The notes under the pieces: model-generated
Databases searched by the model: none
What the model was told of the DNA's origin: nothing
The model's input: the letters and a program-made list of their open reading frames with translations, nothing else
Translations under genes and position numbers: made by a program
Shown here: piece after piece, positions 1-12,716 of the stretch
Layout of the letters: the number at the start of each line of letters is the position of its first letter
Numbering within the stretch: the stretch's first letter is position 1
From: an uncultured Nitrososphaerales archaeon
GTDB taxonomy: Archaea; Thermoproteota; Nitrososphaeria; Nitrososphaerales; Nitrososphaeraceae
Length of the DNA: 64,000 nt
Assembly (NCBI GenBank): GCA_963709405.1
Contig: CAVPXM010000038.1
Location: forward strand, 1-64,000
Reading direction: 5' to 3'

Positions 1-518
1 CTTGATGTCAACTGCTACATGTATCTTTAGATATCCTTTCCTAACATGCCATTTATGCACCGCATCCATTCACCTCGATTAGTCAAATTCAATACCGGGA
101 CCGTCTATAGCAATGACAATATCATTTCCTAATTTTTCATTGATTTTGATCTCAGCCTGTTTATGCGTCTACTAAGAGGACGATAATGTGGTATACCTGG
201 AACCTTTGTACTTGCATGTGCTATAACTACGCCCTCTGTCTGTCTATATGGTAGATGGCAGAGTTCTCATGTAACCTAGGATCTTAATAAAGGAATCTGG
301 ATAGTCGTAAGGTTCACCAACCTTACCAAGATTCATTTGAGATAATTCATGATCCCATCCATCAAGTACATCAAAATCTAAGATAACTTGGCCACGTCTT
401 ACTAATGAATGATTATACGAAGGCCAGTCAATCATGCCAGAATAATTATTATTGGTAGTCAAATGCAGAGTGGTCAAATAAATATCACTTACAACATAAT
501 GAATCGCGCAACAAAGCA
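1..518 (-). mobile_element. IS5-family (IS903-like) element, partial; frameshifted transposase running off the window start
   Basis: MIDWPSYNHSLVRRGQVILDFD (ATG ~435) continues in other frames to HKWHVRKGYLKIHVAVDIK; paralogous to 9078..9833; terminal GCAACAAAGC at ~508-517 matches the IR of the 9007-10024 element. Confidence 0.85.
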
Positions 519-611
519 TAATATAGTATTAAAATGAGGCTTCAGGATTCAGGAGGGAATTAATGAATTCCTTCTACTAGACCCAATTTGGGATTATAAA
601 TCCCCGCCACC

Positions 612-1372
612 TCACAAATGGTGCTGACGTAGTAAGAGCATTGCGCGGTTGCAAGCGGATGTATTTTGGCATGAGTATCTCGTCACCATATCTTCAGTCT
701 ACGGCGATCCCAGCAGTCGGAGCAAAAGAAATCCCCGGACTTCGAGATTCTCGTGAACATCTCGCAAATGACAGTTTCGCAGATGAGTCTAACTGAAATG
801 ACCGGGTCAGCTCAGGAGCAACAACATTGGCTCGGCGAGCAAGTCCTTAACTGGTCTGGAGTGCCTGTAGCACATGTGAGGTCGACGCTCTTCCTGGAAC
901 CTTTCTTCTCTAGCCTGTCGGCCTCATCAATCGCCAAAGATGGGACAATTAGATTGCCATTTGGCTCGGCGCGAACTTCACCAATTTCCGCTAGCGATGT
1001 GGCAAGAGTCGTTTCCACAATTTTGGAAGATCCCACCGGTCACCTAGGGAAGGTCTATGAACTGACTGGTCCTCGATCAGAAGACATGAATGAGATCGCA
1101 AAAGAATACGCGATTGTACTAAATCGCCCAGTGAAATATGTGGACACACCATACGACAAGTGGCTGAAGGAAGAATTATTGCCACTCAATTTACCTCAGT
1201 ACGTTTTTCACCACGTTTCCACTATAACGGTAAGCTCATCGCGGAAAATCGCTACGATCGGTTGACGTCGGACGTGCAGAAGTTAACCGGAAAACCAAGT
1301 ATGAGCGTTCGAGAGTATGTAACTGCACATCCGGGAGGTATTTTCTGGCGGCCGCAGTCATGCGTTAGATAA
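612..1372 (+). pseudogene. NmrA-like / atypical SDR NAD(P)-binding protein, 5'-truncated and frameshifted
   Basis: ORFs 753..1265 and 1160..1372 give RSTLFLEPFF...SPISASDVARVV...GKVYELTGP...TSDVQKLTGKP; the N-terminal Rossmann GxxGxxG is not seen. Confidence 0.7.
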
Positions 1373-1709
1373 CAGGTGAACATTATCGGCGCCTACGTCA
1401 TCGATGGAGTTTTTACACCACGCGCGAGCATGCGAAAAGGTACAAGCGCCTATTCCGACATTCATCCACACAAGCTTATAGCTTCATGCTTCAGATCGAT
1501 CTTTTCAATGGGAGCATTGATCGTTGCTGTAAAACTGAACTCTGCGAGTGTTATCTCGTTCATATGTATGTATCTCTTCACATGTTTATATTGCAGAATT
1601 ATGTGAATTCCTCATTTACTAGTTTTAGTAGAATTACCACTAAAGAAATTATTGAGTAACTTTACTAGAAAAACTGGGCCTCTCTGCAATCCAGTGTCCT
1701 GAATCGGAA

Positions 1710-1979
1710 CTATAATACCCTGAACATTTTGAGGGTATAACTTCTTTTGATCAAAAAGGGATTATCTTTATCCGGATTTCCGTCATAATAATAAGTCCGG
1801 ATTACTTCGAGAAAGAAATTGTCAGTTAACTCCTCTTTTATGAGTTGTATAAAAGCGAGAAAATTTAAATCGTCATTGAAAAACAATCGCTTGAGTTCCT
1901 CTCTGATTAACCCACCATCGATAAAGAACATTATCCGTCTAGTACCAATGAAATTATTAGAGGGAATTCTTACGTCCAA
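1710..1979 (-). pseudogene. NYN/LabA-DUF88 PIN-like domain, N-terminal fragment
   Basis: IMFFIDGG...VIRTYYYDG motifs; C-terminal half absent. Confidence 0.55.
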
Positions 1980-3316
1980 TGAATAAATACCTTTATTTTT
2001 CGGATAAATTGTTTTCTATAAGAGTTAAATTATCGTAGTTGAGCTATCTAGATCATCAAGAAGTCAGATTTATAATATTATTTCTATTATACAAGAAACA
2101 TTATAGTGAACAGGCCTGGACATCCACAAGTCACTAATAAGCTCATTGAAGAGCTTGACTGAAGTTATACCGATACAAATTTGGTTTATGGAGAAATAGT
2201 TTATCTGAAGGATAGCGGATTAGTCAAGGGAACGGATATTCTAGGGACTGATAATTACAAATTATGGAATTCAGGTGATAGTAAAAGCAATTTCTGACTT
2301 TGTAGATTTTCTCAAACAAGAAGGTAATGAGGTGGATTACAATCAAATAACGAATATTACTAATTTTAGTAGTAGGCTGAAGGAGACCGATAGGATCATA
2401 AGAGAGAAATCTAATGTACTTAAAAACTTTCTTCGTGGATATAATCAGTTCTGACTTTAAAGCAATTCCATCCACAAATTTAGCAAAAAATTTAGCATAT
2501 CTTAAGACCATATTTCAGACAGAAATTATTTCTTAATAATAACACCTAGTTGTATTAGGGAATATCAAATGATTAAACCAGGTATTTTGTTAATACATAT
2601 ATTCTCGATATTCTGACATTTACATAAGGCGTTTCGGTTGTCGATACCATATTTCTATAATTCTATTCATTGGATAGGAAAATTAATTACTGAATGTAGC
2701 ATATTTTAATCCTGATTTTGAGTTCATTATAGAATAGCACTGGTATTAAGGAAAATGCTGGTAATGATATGATAATGTAGATAACTACATGGTAACAAAG
2801 TGATACTGGATATTAAATTCTTTAAAAGTTCAATCCTTCCAATATATCATAGAAATAAAACCATGATGGGCTTGACACTTAAGGATCAATAAGTATCTTA
2901 TTAGTTTCCAGTAATATATATACAATCTTAATATGTAGTGCATCTACAAAGGTAAAATGTAATCGTAACTTAAAGAGAAGATAATGAAGTCAATTCATAA
3001 AAAATGATTTATATTCAAACTCCATTAATATGTATCTACACTAATCAAAGCAGAAACGAATTTGCTATTTGCCTAGAGAAAGATCAGAATTTTATGGCAA
3101 TCAAGATGTAAGCTGGTGAATCATATACAAGGTTTGTAGATGCGTATGATCAGATAATAAGTGATGAAAACGATATTGATTGGAAACTCTGCTAAGAAAA
3201 ATGAATCGATAATTGTTGAGGTCGACCTTGGTATTTGGAATGAAGAAGGAGAAAGGATTAACTAACCATGGTATCTAAACATATGTCATACTCGAGAATT
3301 CACCTATAAATGCAAT

Positions 3317-3385
3317 TCCTGACGGCAGAAGCGTAACCCACGTCTGTAATCTATTGTCATCTATATTAGGGATACAACAGTTAGT
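3317..3385 (-). mobile_element. IS481-family terminal remnant
   Basis: GACGGCAGAAGCGTAACCCACGTCTGTAA...TACAACA-GTTAGT resembles the ends of the IS481 copies at ~45225-45288 and ~52940-53009. Confidence 0.6.
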
Positions 3386-3562
3386 AAATTGATAAAGCTT
3401 AACCTTATATCTATGAATGATACTTATACATATCATACCGGTAAAGTATCATTTATACTGAATAATGCTTGTTGAATTCATAGATTTATTAGCTATTTAT
3501 TCATAATAATTATATATCGATCAATTATATGTAGACCAAAGTCTATTAACTTTCGATCAATA

Positions 3563-4218
3563 TTGCTAGATAGTGCTATTCTATCCTCAATTCCAATCCA
3601 CTTCTTGGATCTTTTTGGGACCATGATATTTGCAGTTACTGGTGCTCTAAAAGCCATAGAACATAAGTCAGCCAGACGTGGTAGGAGTTGTTGTACTTTC
3701 TGGCGTGGCTGATTTAGGCCGGAGGAATCATTAGAGATGTTGTCTTAGGACGAACACCGCCATCAGCCTTAGCCGATCCTTCGTATATAATAATAACGTC
3801 AATCACTGGGATCGGCATTCTCTTGCTTTATCGTTACGCAAAAAATCTAATGGGACTATTTTTAACTTTCGATGCATTTGGTCTAGGAATTTTTAGTCTA
3901 CTTGGTGCCAGCATTGCCTTCAGCATGTTTGGCCTTAACCTCGTCATTATGATGTTCGCTGGAGTTATTACTGCCGTTGGTGGCGGTATTATACGTGATA
4001 TGTTGGTAAGTGAGATCCCTTTGGTTCTCAGGAAGGAACTATACGTATCTGTGAGTTTCGTCGGAGTTTTGTTGTTCTTCATTTTGCTTTACGTGGGAGT
4101 AAACATAATAATTTCAACCATCATAGGAATTATTGTTATCACCTCTTTCCGTATATCCGCGATTAAATATAACTGGAATCTACCAAGGAGAGTTTCTAGA
4201 AATACAAATGGAGTGTAA
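3563..4218 (+). CDS. TRIC / UPF0126 (YadS-like) membrane protein, frameshifted in the 5' half
   Basis: FLDLFGTMIFAVTGALKAIEHK from TTG 3563; ORF 3823..4218 has DAFGLGIF and AVGGGIIRDML...PLVLRKELY. Confidence 0.8.
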
Positions 4219-4287
4219 GAAGTATTACTATGATTCAAATCTTGGCATGAATCAGTACAATTGCATCCGCCGATTTAAGTGAAGATG

Positions 4288-5491
4288 TTACACTTGTCTT
4301 CTTTCGATCTCTTGTAACCTTGCTGTCAGAGCAACAATCTGATCAAGATATTGTGCGATTGCATCGCCTTTGACTTTATCCAGTGGTTCTTAAATGATTG
4401 GCTTTAGAACTTCCAATTCCTCTACCTTGGTTTGTATATCAGGGCCCTGTCTTTCTAGCTGATTAACATTTAAAAATGTTAGATAAGGTTCAATTTGGGA
4501 ATATTTCGGCTTTCTCTGAGTCCTTTTTACGATAATAAGTGGAACCAGAATGTCCTATAAAATACTCCGAGTAATCAGCATAGCCAAGGTCAGATATAGT
4601 AGTTTTTACGAATCGTCTAAATGAATGTAAAGTAATCTGCCTTCGTCGTTCGTTACCATCCTCTCTTGTACCTTTACCCATTCTATCCAGGGTCTTTTGC
4701 AAAAGACCTAACTAAATCCTGATATAATGAAAGAGTTTTTGGAAGGTCTTTGTTTTGATAAACTGCAAATACTAGATCAGTATCATCTTTGGCAGGTTTT
4801 ATTCTGTAATTGTTTTTTCATCTAGTTCACCTATGTGACAAATCCTCCTAGTTCGATATTTATAATCCAACCATGATTTTAATTGATGGGTCCACTTCGT
4901 CGGTTAGAAAAATAGTTCTATCTATTCTAGTTTTTGTATACTGTCTTCTTACAAATAGTTTTGAAGGATTAGAATTAAATATCTTGAGATCTTTAACGCG
5001 TGTTGATAAAGCCTCGCCTGCGCGCATTCCAGCTGCTGCTAATAGCATGACATAAGTTTTTAGTCTAATATCCGATGTGGCATTTAATATCCCTACAATA
5101 TCCTCTTTAGATAGATCTCTTTATTCCTTCTAATTGTCTTTGGCAGTTTTACCTTCAGTTTGAATCTACGTAGACTGATGTCTATATCATGATACTCAAG
5201 GAAGTTTTTTACTGTTACAACTCTTTGCTTTAATGTAACTATTGAAATTTGCCTTCACTCAAACATTTAGCATATCCATTGAGAAGAGAGTAGGGATTTC
5301 TGATTTTTTTAGCTTGAAATAATGGCGTTGACGCCTAGCGAATATTTATTCTCAACAAATGTCTGAAAGGTTTTAAGTCTTGCATAATATTCTTTTGCGG
5401 TTAGTTTATTCATCATGCTTACATTTGTGACGTATTCAGAGATTAGATCATCTGCACTAGTGATTCTATTGATTTTCGCTTTTATTTCCAA
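4288..5491 (-). pseudogene. tyrosine recombinase/integrase, multiply frameshifted
   Basis: Fragments GMRAGEAL and ITLHSFRRF...EYFIGH...YY (ORFs 5309..5491, 4860..5048, 4490..4702); paralogous to 57362..58561. Confidence 0.85.
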
Positions 5492-6144
5492 GCCATATAC
5501 TATAAGTGCTTCAAATCTAGATATATTGTATTTACAGATTTTTATTCACCGTCAATTGGCATAAGAGATACTGAATTATACAAAGTATTGACTACTGTAC
5601 ACCATGTTATTTACAATACCAACAGTCGTAGGAACGAGACCTACTTCAATCTGAGACCTCTTTGAATCTGGAACTCGCTTGGCTGCCTCATATATAGTCC
5701 TATTATGAAGCTCGGTCCAAATGCTTGCCCTGATAATATGGCATTAAATGCGACTAGCACCAGTAGCACAATTGACGATATCATATGTTGGGCCAATCTT
5801 TTTGGATTCTAATTACCACGTTCAATTAATTAATAATCTAAGAGATGCACCTGTAATAAACAAATATAATAAACGTCTATACCAACTCGACATCTTAATA
5901 CAATATCCAGAGGACTTTGATAATAAGATTCTTTATCAGTCACAATTGAGGTAACTTTAAATAACTTAATAAACTCATTCAAATTATTGATCACAAAATT
6001 GAAAATCGGTTACGTCAAAAAGAATGTCTCCAGATTGTAGCAAATAAGGTCCAGGGATTAAAGTAAAATTATAACCGAGGTGTTATTTCTCATTACTTGT
6101 AGACAAGAATATCTAGAATATCCTATCACATATTTCAAACTGAA

Positions 6145-6411
6145 TTATCTAAGGTCCTTGTCAGGGACTTCCTGTAATCCCTTCTCTGTTATGCTCCATA
6201 GCCTCAAATCCGTGTGGCTAGGTCTGGGTAGTGCTTCCTTAACTAAATGCAGCCACTCCAAATCATTTAGGTGATTTCTTACCTCGGCATCTGGAAGTCC
6301 ACTACGTGCAATTATGCTAGTCTCAAGGACATCTTTCTTAACGTCATTCTCTGCTAGGTCTGCGACAATGTCAAGGATTTTCTTTAACTCAGACCTCATT
6401 GTCATTATCAT
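6145..6411 (-). CDS. small putative winged-helix protein
   Basis: 88 aa; EVRNHLNDLEWLHLVKE...WSITEKG resembles a wHTH recognition helix and wing. Confidence 0.5.
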   Translation of the reverse strand: MIMTMRSELKKILDIVADLAENDVKKDVLETSIIARSGLPDAEVRNHLNDLEWLHLVKEALPRPSHTDLRLWSITEKGLQEVPDKDLR

Positions 6412-6757
6412 CTGACGTGACCATTAACGATTTAAAGGTATTTTAAGCTCTGATTATCAATATTAGCCACCTCGTGCCATTAGAGTATTAAATTGATTCA
6501 TGCATGGTTGGAAGGGGCATCTGGCCGCTCTGGAACGAGCCGGTTCCTCCTTTGCACTCTAGGAACACGAGATACTATCAGGATAGAATCATTGAACTAA
6601 ATGAGAAAATATGACTGAATCAGAAATTAGCTTCAGCATATAGGTCATCGCAAACCGTTGTCTAGTTATTCAAATTCATGATGGTCTTCTGGTTTGACGT
6701 ATGCTTCAAGCAAATCTGCCAACGGTTCTTTGATTTCTTTAACATTCTGTCTAAATA

Positions 6758-7335
6758 ATGCCATTTGTCTACCTTCTTTCCTGTAATAGGTGTTTAGCAG
6801 TATTTGTAAAGAGAGATTTTGGAGAATGTAGTGATAAGGGTTGCGATAGTAGTAGTGGTAGTAGTGGTAGTAGTGGTAACGATAAGGGCAGTGGCAGTGA
6901 TGGCAGTAGCAGTGACGAGAGTAAGAGGTCTGACGATAATACTAGTCCATCTACTGGCGAGCAACAGCCATCAAATCGAGTAACACCAACAGACGATGGC
7001 AGTAAGAAGCCAGACAACCCAAAGGATGGTAAAGATGGACAGGTAGGAGTATGTGTTATTGGCATAAAGAGTCCATGCAACGGTCAACCCTTCGACCACT
7101 CGCAGAAGCCCATAATTCATCGTCCGCCTAGCTCTCAACGTAAAGCACGGTATAAGCAACAAAGACATATTATTCATAAACATCCATAACAGAATCCACA
7201 GCAGTAGCAGTAGCAGTAGCAATTCAGGTTCGACATCTATCAGCAAGACTTGCCTTGATGTGATAAACATAACATGGTTAGCGAAGATATATAATGGACA
7301 AAATCATGAAGTTGACGACGTCATTGACAAATGAC
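6758..7335 (+). pseudogene. Ser/Gly/Asp-rich low-complexity protein, fragmented
   Basis: ORF 6758..7189 with SSSGSSGSSG encoded by AGTAGTGGT repeats; Ser-rich coding continues in another frame. Confidence 0.35.
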
Positions 7336-7549
7336 TAGGTAAATGATAGTAAAAGATGAATTTCAGTGAGTAGTATCTGGTAATAAATAAAAGCTTAACT
7401 TAGCGGTAGTATCAGCAAATAATCATTATGCTGGTTTTGGTCCGGAACCGCTAACCCATTCAGAAAAATGTTGGATTTGACAAAAGTAACATGGAATAAT
7501 GTTGAGGTGTCCAAAACAGAAGAAGTGTATTACTAAGTCAAGTGTCACA

Positions 7550-8065
7550 TTAAATGTCATTATTCCATCTTCCAAATCTATTATCTAGATATTCTGATAC
7601 TGCGGTTTTCTGGTCTTCTATATTTTCATAAAACCTATTCGCACATACATCTGACTTTATCAGCTGGTTTACTTTTCTTTCATTTGGATTTAGGTATGGA
7701 GCCTTCTTTGGTAGGTGGATTATAGTTAGCCAGTCTTCTCCTTTCTGTGTATTGATATAATTCCGTACCATTAGGCTTACATGGTATGAAGCGTTATCCC
7801 ATATGAGTATGAGTCTTTTACACCAATCATTTTTCATAATGTTTATCTTGAGATTCTCCAGATGGTCGATAGTATTCGTAGAATTCATTCTATCATAGAA
7901 ATCATACATCAACTTCTGATTTGGCCATAGCATGGATATGTATGCAGAGAACTTCTTTCTACTTCCATTATGTCCTATCCTTTGTTGCTGGCCTTCAAAA
8001 CTCATAGATCTTCGTATGCAAGGTTTCTGTGTTATCGTAGTTTCATCTTCAAATACTAACATCAC
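7550..8065 (-). CDS. IS630 transposase orfB (DDE_3 catalytic domain)
   Basis: VFEDET, LIWDNASYH and LPKKAPYLNPNE motifs. Confidence 0.9.
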   Translation of the reverse strand: MMLVFEDETTITQKPCIRRSMSFEGQQQRIGHNGSRKKFSAYISMLWPNQKLMYDFYDRMNSTNTIDHLENLKINIMKNDWCKRLILIWDNASYHVSLMVRNYINTQKGEDWLTIIHLPKKAPYLNPNERKVNQLIKSDVCANRFYENIEDQKTAVSEYLDNRFGRWNNDI

Positions 8066-8603
8066 TCCTTTTTTTCAGAGCTGATGCTACACGTTTATAA
8101 TCTTCCACCCTCTCTTTTCCTTCTTCATAATCAGGTCCATGTAATAGTTCCAATTTTGGTCTTTTACACCTAATCCCCATATCCTTAGTTATTCTTTGCA
8201 GATGTTTGAAACTGATTGATATTCCAAGCTCATCTGTAAGACATCTTGCAAGTGACCTTAGACTCCATGTATTTCTAAGATAACCAAAGATATGGGGATC
8301 ATTAAATAATGCAGAAAGGATAACCTCTTTGTTTTCATCTGTTATACGTGAATTCAGTCCTCTCGGTCTCTTCTTTATCCTTACCACTCCTATCTCACCA
8401 TGAGTAAACGCAACAACCCATCTTTGGACAGATTGAATATTGACTTCGTATTCATGTGCTATGTCTTCATAAGATCTACCTTCAACTTTTTGAAGTATAG
8501 CCAGTACCCTACGATACTCCTTCTTGTTAGTTGTATTATTCATGAGTGATTCTAGACTTGTTTTCTGTCCCCGGCTTAGATTCAACTTAGAAGCACGTCT
8601 CAC
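8049..8603 (-). CDS. IS630 transposase orfA (HTH domains)
   Basis: SYEDIAHEYEVNIQSVQRWV and PHIFGY...WSLRSL...GISIS; ends at an A7G slippery run. Confidence 0.85.
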   Translation of the reverse strand: MRRASKLNLSRGQKTSLESLMNNTTNKKEYRRVLAILQKVEGRSYEDIAHEYEVNIQSVQRWVVAFTHGEIGVVRIKKRPRGLNSRITDENKEVILSALFNDPHIFGYLRNTWSLRSLARCLTDELGISISFKHLQRITKDMGIRCKRPKLELLHGPDYEEGKERVEDYKRVASALKKRSDVSI

Positions 8604-9006
8604 ATGATGGGAATATCCTACATCTGTTAAGCTTTATCTATCTAAAGATCTAGACTGTGCAATAAAAATAATATGACATATAACTAGACACTTCGCTTAT
8701 CGGTACACTTTATCTATGAAGGCAATAGATAAATTCAGAACTGAAATGATGAAGAAAAAGAATTGATTGATAATGGTGCAACAAAAATACAATTTTCTAA
8801 TGCAATAATTGGTAATACTATATCTTCTTCTCTCCCCATATCTTCTTCTAATAATGATAATCATAATTAGAGGAAAGATAATAATCAGGCAATTGTACTT
8901 GAAGAAGGTTCATCAAAAGAGAATATCATTAGAGACAATAAATCGGTGAATTATTAAGGAAAAATGTCATACTTAGTACATACTCCTTTTCAGATATTTC
9001 TTTTAC

Positions 9007-10024
9007 TGCTTTGTTGCACAAAATCATTATCATATAGGTATGAGTTTGTTGACCAATTGAGATTTAGTTAACATGTAATGAGATTATTGTTGGACATGAT
9101 TAACTGGTCTTTTTATAACAAATCGCTAGTTAGGCGAGGTGAAGTTATTCTAGATTTTGATGTCATAGATAGTTGGTATAGTGAGTTGGACTTAATGAAT
9201 GATGGAAAGAGGGGTGGACAGTACCACTATCCAGATTCGTTTATCCAATTACTAGGTTACATGAGGGTATATTTTCATCTGCCATACCGCCAAGCAGAAG
9301 GCGTAGTCATAGCTCATGCTGGTAATAAGAAGATACCATCTATTCCAAACTACAGTACAATTAACAGACGTATTAATAACCAGGATATCAGAATCAGCGA
9401 ACGACATGAAGTAGGTAATGATGATGACATCATTATAGCATTAGATAGTACAGGAATCAAAGTTGCTAATAGAGGTGAATGGATACGACATAAATGGCAC
9501 GTAAGAAGAGGTTATCTGAAAATACATGTAGCAGTAAACATCAAGAATAAGAAGATTATTTCTTTGGAGGTTACTAGTGAAGAAGTACACGATGGCAAGA
9601 TGCTAAAGAAGTTGATTGATAATGCTTCTGCAAATAACAATGTAAAGGGTGCGTTAGCAGATGGTATGTATGACAGTAATAAGAATTTTAGATATCTATC
9701 CAAGAACCATATTAAACCTGGTATAAAGACAAGAAGTAATTCCAAGGTCAAGACAGGCAACTGTCAAGCAAGGAATAGGTCTGTAATGAGACAACAAACA
9801 AATCTCAAAAGATGGAAACATAGCGTGAGCTGATGGACAAAGGTGGATGGCAGAAACGGTATTCTCGTCTATCAAAAGAACGTTTGGCGAGTATGTAACT
9901 GCAAGAAAGTTTCAGAATATGGCCAAAGAGATGTTGCTAAAAGCATCACTGTATAACATGTTTGCTATCGGGATGTAGAGATATAGATAATGTACGAATG
10001 ATAAAATGATTCATGCAACAGAGC
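9007..10024 (+). mobile_element. IS5-family (IS903-like) element with IRs and 9-bp target duplication
   Basis: IRs GCTTTGTTGCA / TGCAACAGAGC; TTCTTTTAC at 8998-9006 and 10025-10033. Confidence 0.9.
9096..9977 (+). CDS. IS5-family transposase (one frameshift near 9831)
   Basis: ALDSTGIKV, YLKIHVAV, LADGMYD; GQRWMAETVFSSIKRTFGE follows in a shifted frame. Confidence 0.85.
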
Positions 10025-10494
10025 TTCTTTTACAATAATTTAATAATATATGGTTAAGCTACGCTATTATAAGAGAGAATGTAATCACATAAATCATAAT
10101 AATATCGAAATTTAAAAAGATGATGAGAGGAGAGACTTTTAAACTAGTAGCTTTAGTACTAGCAATTTCCATTCTGTATATTTTAGCAGTTTTGATCCTC
10201 ATCAGATATCCTATTCTCAGGTAATAATGCTAGAAGGTAGGAATACGATGCGTAGCCATTCCGACAATGATCCTATAAACAATGCCAAAGAAAGAAATTT
10301 GAGATAGTAAAGTAAATAGTCTCAATAAATGAAAGATTTAATATCAAACGGGCTATGTAAAGTATATAGCAAATAATAGATTTAGCACGTTATAAAATAT
10401 TTCCAAATACAGATAAACCCTTGTAACAAATCATTTATTGACATATACATAAAGAGTAAGGTCCATGAGTTGTTGGCTACTACATCTTTGATAA

Positions 10495-10990
10495 CTGTGG
10501 GATTATTGATTTTGACAATACAATTCCAAACCCCTGATTCTTTAAATCTAAATCGACTTGGTCAAGAAGCTTTGCTGGTGTTACGATTACACTTAACGTG
10601 TCGTTATTGTTATTATTCGCCGCTGGTGAGGAAGTTGTTTTGTTAGTAGTACTGGCTACAGCAGTAGTATTGAAAGAAGTAGTAAGTAGTTTCTTGACAA
10701 CTACTAATGTTCCATTTATTTTATAGTTTGGACCGCCATTATCAAAACTCGGTCCAGAATATACAAAAGTACCACTATCATTAAACTTGCTTGGTTTTGA
10801 AACAAGAAAGTTGTTAAACAGACCACTTTCATATCTAAAGTTCTTTGAATGATTGTTTACGAGAGTTAACTGATGATGGCTAGCAACTGCATTAAACCGA
10901 TGAGTGTAGAATTTGTAATGCGCCAGGATCTACTCCAACGACGCCGAAATGATTCAACAGCGGGCAAATAATATTTGATGCAACTATCTA
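10495..10990 (-). pseudogene. degraded secreted, possibly cupredoxin-like, protein
   Basis: Minus-strand fragment KFNDSGTFVYSGPSFDNGGPNYKINGTLVVVK followed by a Thr/Asn-rich linker; family assignment tentative. Confidence 0.3.
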
Positions 10991-11048
10991 TCAATTCATT
11001 ATGAATACCAATAAAGCCGCCTATGTCTAAAGTAGATGTAAGTCGTTC

Positions 11049-11579
11049 TTAAAGCACTCTTGCAGTCATGTTCTTATTCCGATTCGTAGGGTATACGCTA
11101 TCCATGTTAAACAATATCCAAGCTAATTGATTCTGTTGTTTTCCGCTTAGTTGTCTTTGATTTAAATAATGTATTACCACAATATTATTGCATAAATCTT
11201 TATGTTCGTCACTTATTGCCTGTATCTGACAGAATTGAGTAACAAGTGATGCTGCTAGATCACAGGCTTTAGTCATAAAAGCAGATATAAGACCGGGTGA
11301 ATTAGGAGTATTTTGTATTACACAATTATTAACTGCTGCCTCATTTTGGAAAAGTATTCCCGACAAACCTGCAATAAACTCTTTTGCTTTCAGTGGACCT
11401 ATGATATTCAAAGTCTTCTCTATTTGCTGATCGAACGGCCTGTCTGTATTTATTGAAAAACCATTTTTGAATGTGATTATTTCTGCTCTACTTGTGTTAG
11501 TTTGTATCAGCATAATTGCTGCTATTATCACTAGTATCAGTGTTACTATGAAAGCTAGTCCGAGTTTCATTTGTATCAT
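11049..11579 (-). CDS. hypothetical secreted or membrane-anchored protein
   Basis: 176 aa; N-terminal hydrophobic segment; 4 Cys. Confidence 0.6.
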   Translation of the reverse strand: MIQMKLGLAFIVTLILVIIAAIMLIQTNTSRAEIITFKNGFSINTDRPFDQQIEKTLNIIGPLKAKEFIAGLSGILFQNEAAVNNCVIQNTPNSPGLISAFMTKACDLAASLVTQFCQIQAISDEHKDLCNNIVVIHYLNQRQLSGKQQNQLAWILFNMDSVYPTNRNKNMTARVL

Positions 11580-11964
11580 CTTATTGGACGAGACATTTTA
11601 TGTAGCACTGCTTGATCGTCTACCAAGGATTACTATTCTTTTTAGTTCTGTATTATCCTTCTTATTCTCATTGCCATTTGTTTTTGTTGTTCAGACAATT
11701 GTTTGTGTTAAGCCTTAGCCGTATAGATAACTTGTAAGCATCAGGATGAGAGCAGAGTGAGCTAATGATATCTATGAATAGTAATTAATATATGCAGATA
11801 GGCAGCATGGCAAGGGTTATGTTGTGTCATAAGAGTAAAATAAAAAGAATAGAACTATGGAATCTATCTCACTCTTATTTATGACCCAAATCCAGATACC
11901 TAAATAAAATTTCCATAGATTGAACAGAACTAAGTTTCAACTAATAAATTATATGTAATTATTG

Positions 11965-12716
11965 CCTAGCCAGTTAACTTAACGAAAGATATTGCTGCAA
12001 CATTCTCTCCTATTCTATGAGCTTGTCCTAACATGAGAGAACATCCGCAGAGACAATATGGTAGGCATTGTACTTATGTTTTCTAGGTCTAAGTAAGCTT
12101 CAGACATACATCTAAAGTAATCCAACTATTTGGAAAAGAGGGAGGGAGGAAGGAGTCTTGTTGTTGCTGTATGGAAAAGGCTTTCAGAGATTCAATCCCA
12201 TGTGTTTTTATGGTTGTAAAAGAGCGAGTATCTGCTTTTCTAATTGATGAAACCATGCTGCAGATTGGTCCCGACCAGGCTTGGTTACGGGTGCTGTTGT
12301 AGAACCGATATACAAACAAATATTTGGAGTTTACATCTCAACACACAGGAATATTATGCTAGTTGCTGAGTCATTCAAGATCTTAATCAAGATGTATGGC
12401 AAACATGTTGTTGTTTATACTGATTACGTAACATGGTATCCGTAAGCAAGTATATCATTAGGACCGACTAGAGCATAGATTGCATTCGCCATACGAAAAG
12501 AGTATAGTTGAAAGAAAGAACGGTAGAATAAAGGATAGGTAGAACTGAGGCATTTGATGATTACCGCTATCCGTGTATGAGAGCTGGATTATACAATCTT
12601 AGTTAGGCATATTCACAAATGGCTCATCTTGTTCATATTTATGCACAATAGTGTTATAAAATCTAGTACTAGATTAGGATCTACGGAGTTGGAGGTATCT
12701 CAAACTTAACAGGACC
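11965..12716 (+). mobile_element. IS6-family transposase remnant
   Basis: Broken frames give SAFLIDETMLQIG, EPIYKQIFGVYIS, RLHSPYEKSIVER, RTEAFDDY; end AACTTAACAGGACC is IS6-like. Confidence 0.7.

Larger units (their letters stand above)
7522..8694 (-). mobile_element. IS630-family element (orfA + orfB)
   Basis: Two overlapping ORFs; short imperfect IR GAAGTGT (7522) / ACACTTC (8694); ends approximate. Confidence 0.75.

Noticed and set aside
2040-3300. Genes in the AT-rich stretch, including ORF 2224..2511
   Set aside because: Only short broken frames with no recognisable motif; possibly decayed genes, but not supportable.
6769-7270. Leu-rich minus-strand ORFs
   Set aside because: They are antisense shadows of the AGT/AGC-rich low-complexity plus-strand sequence.
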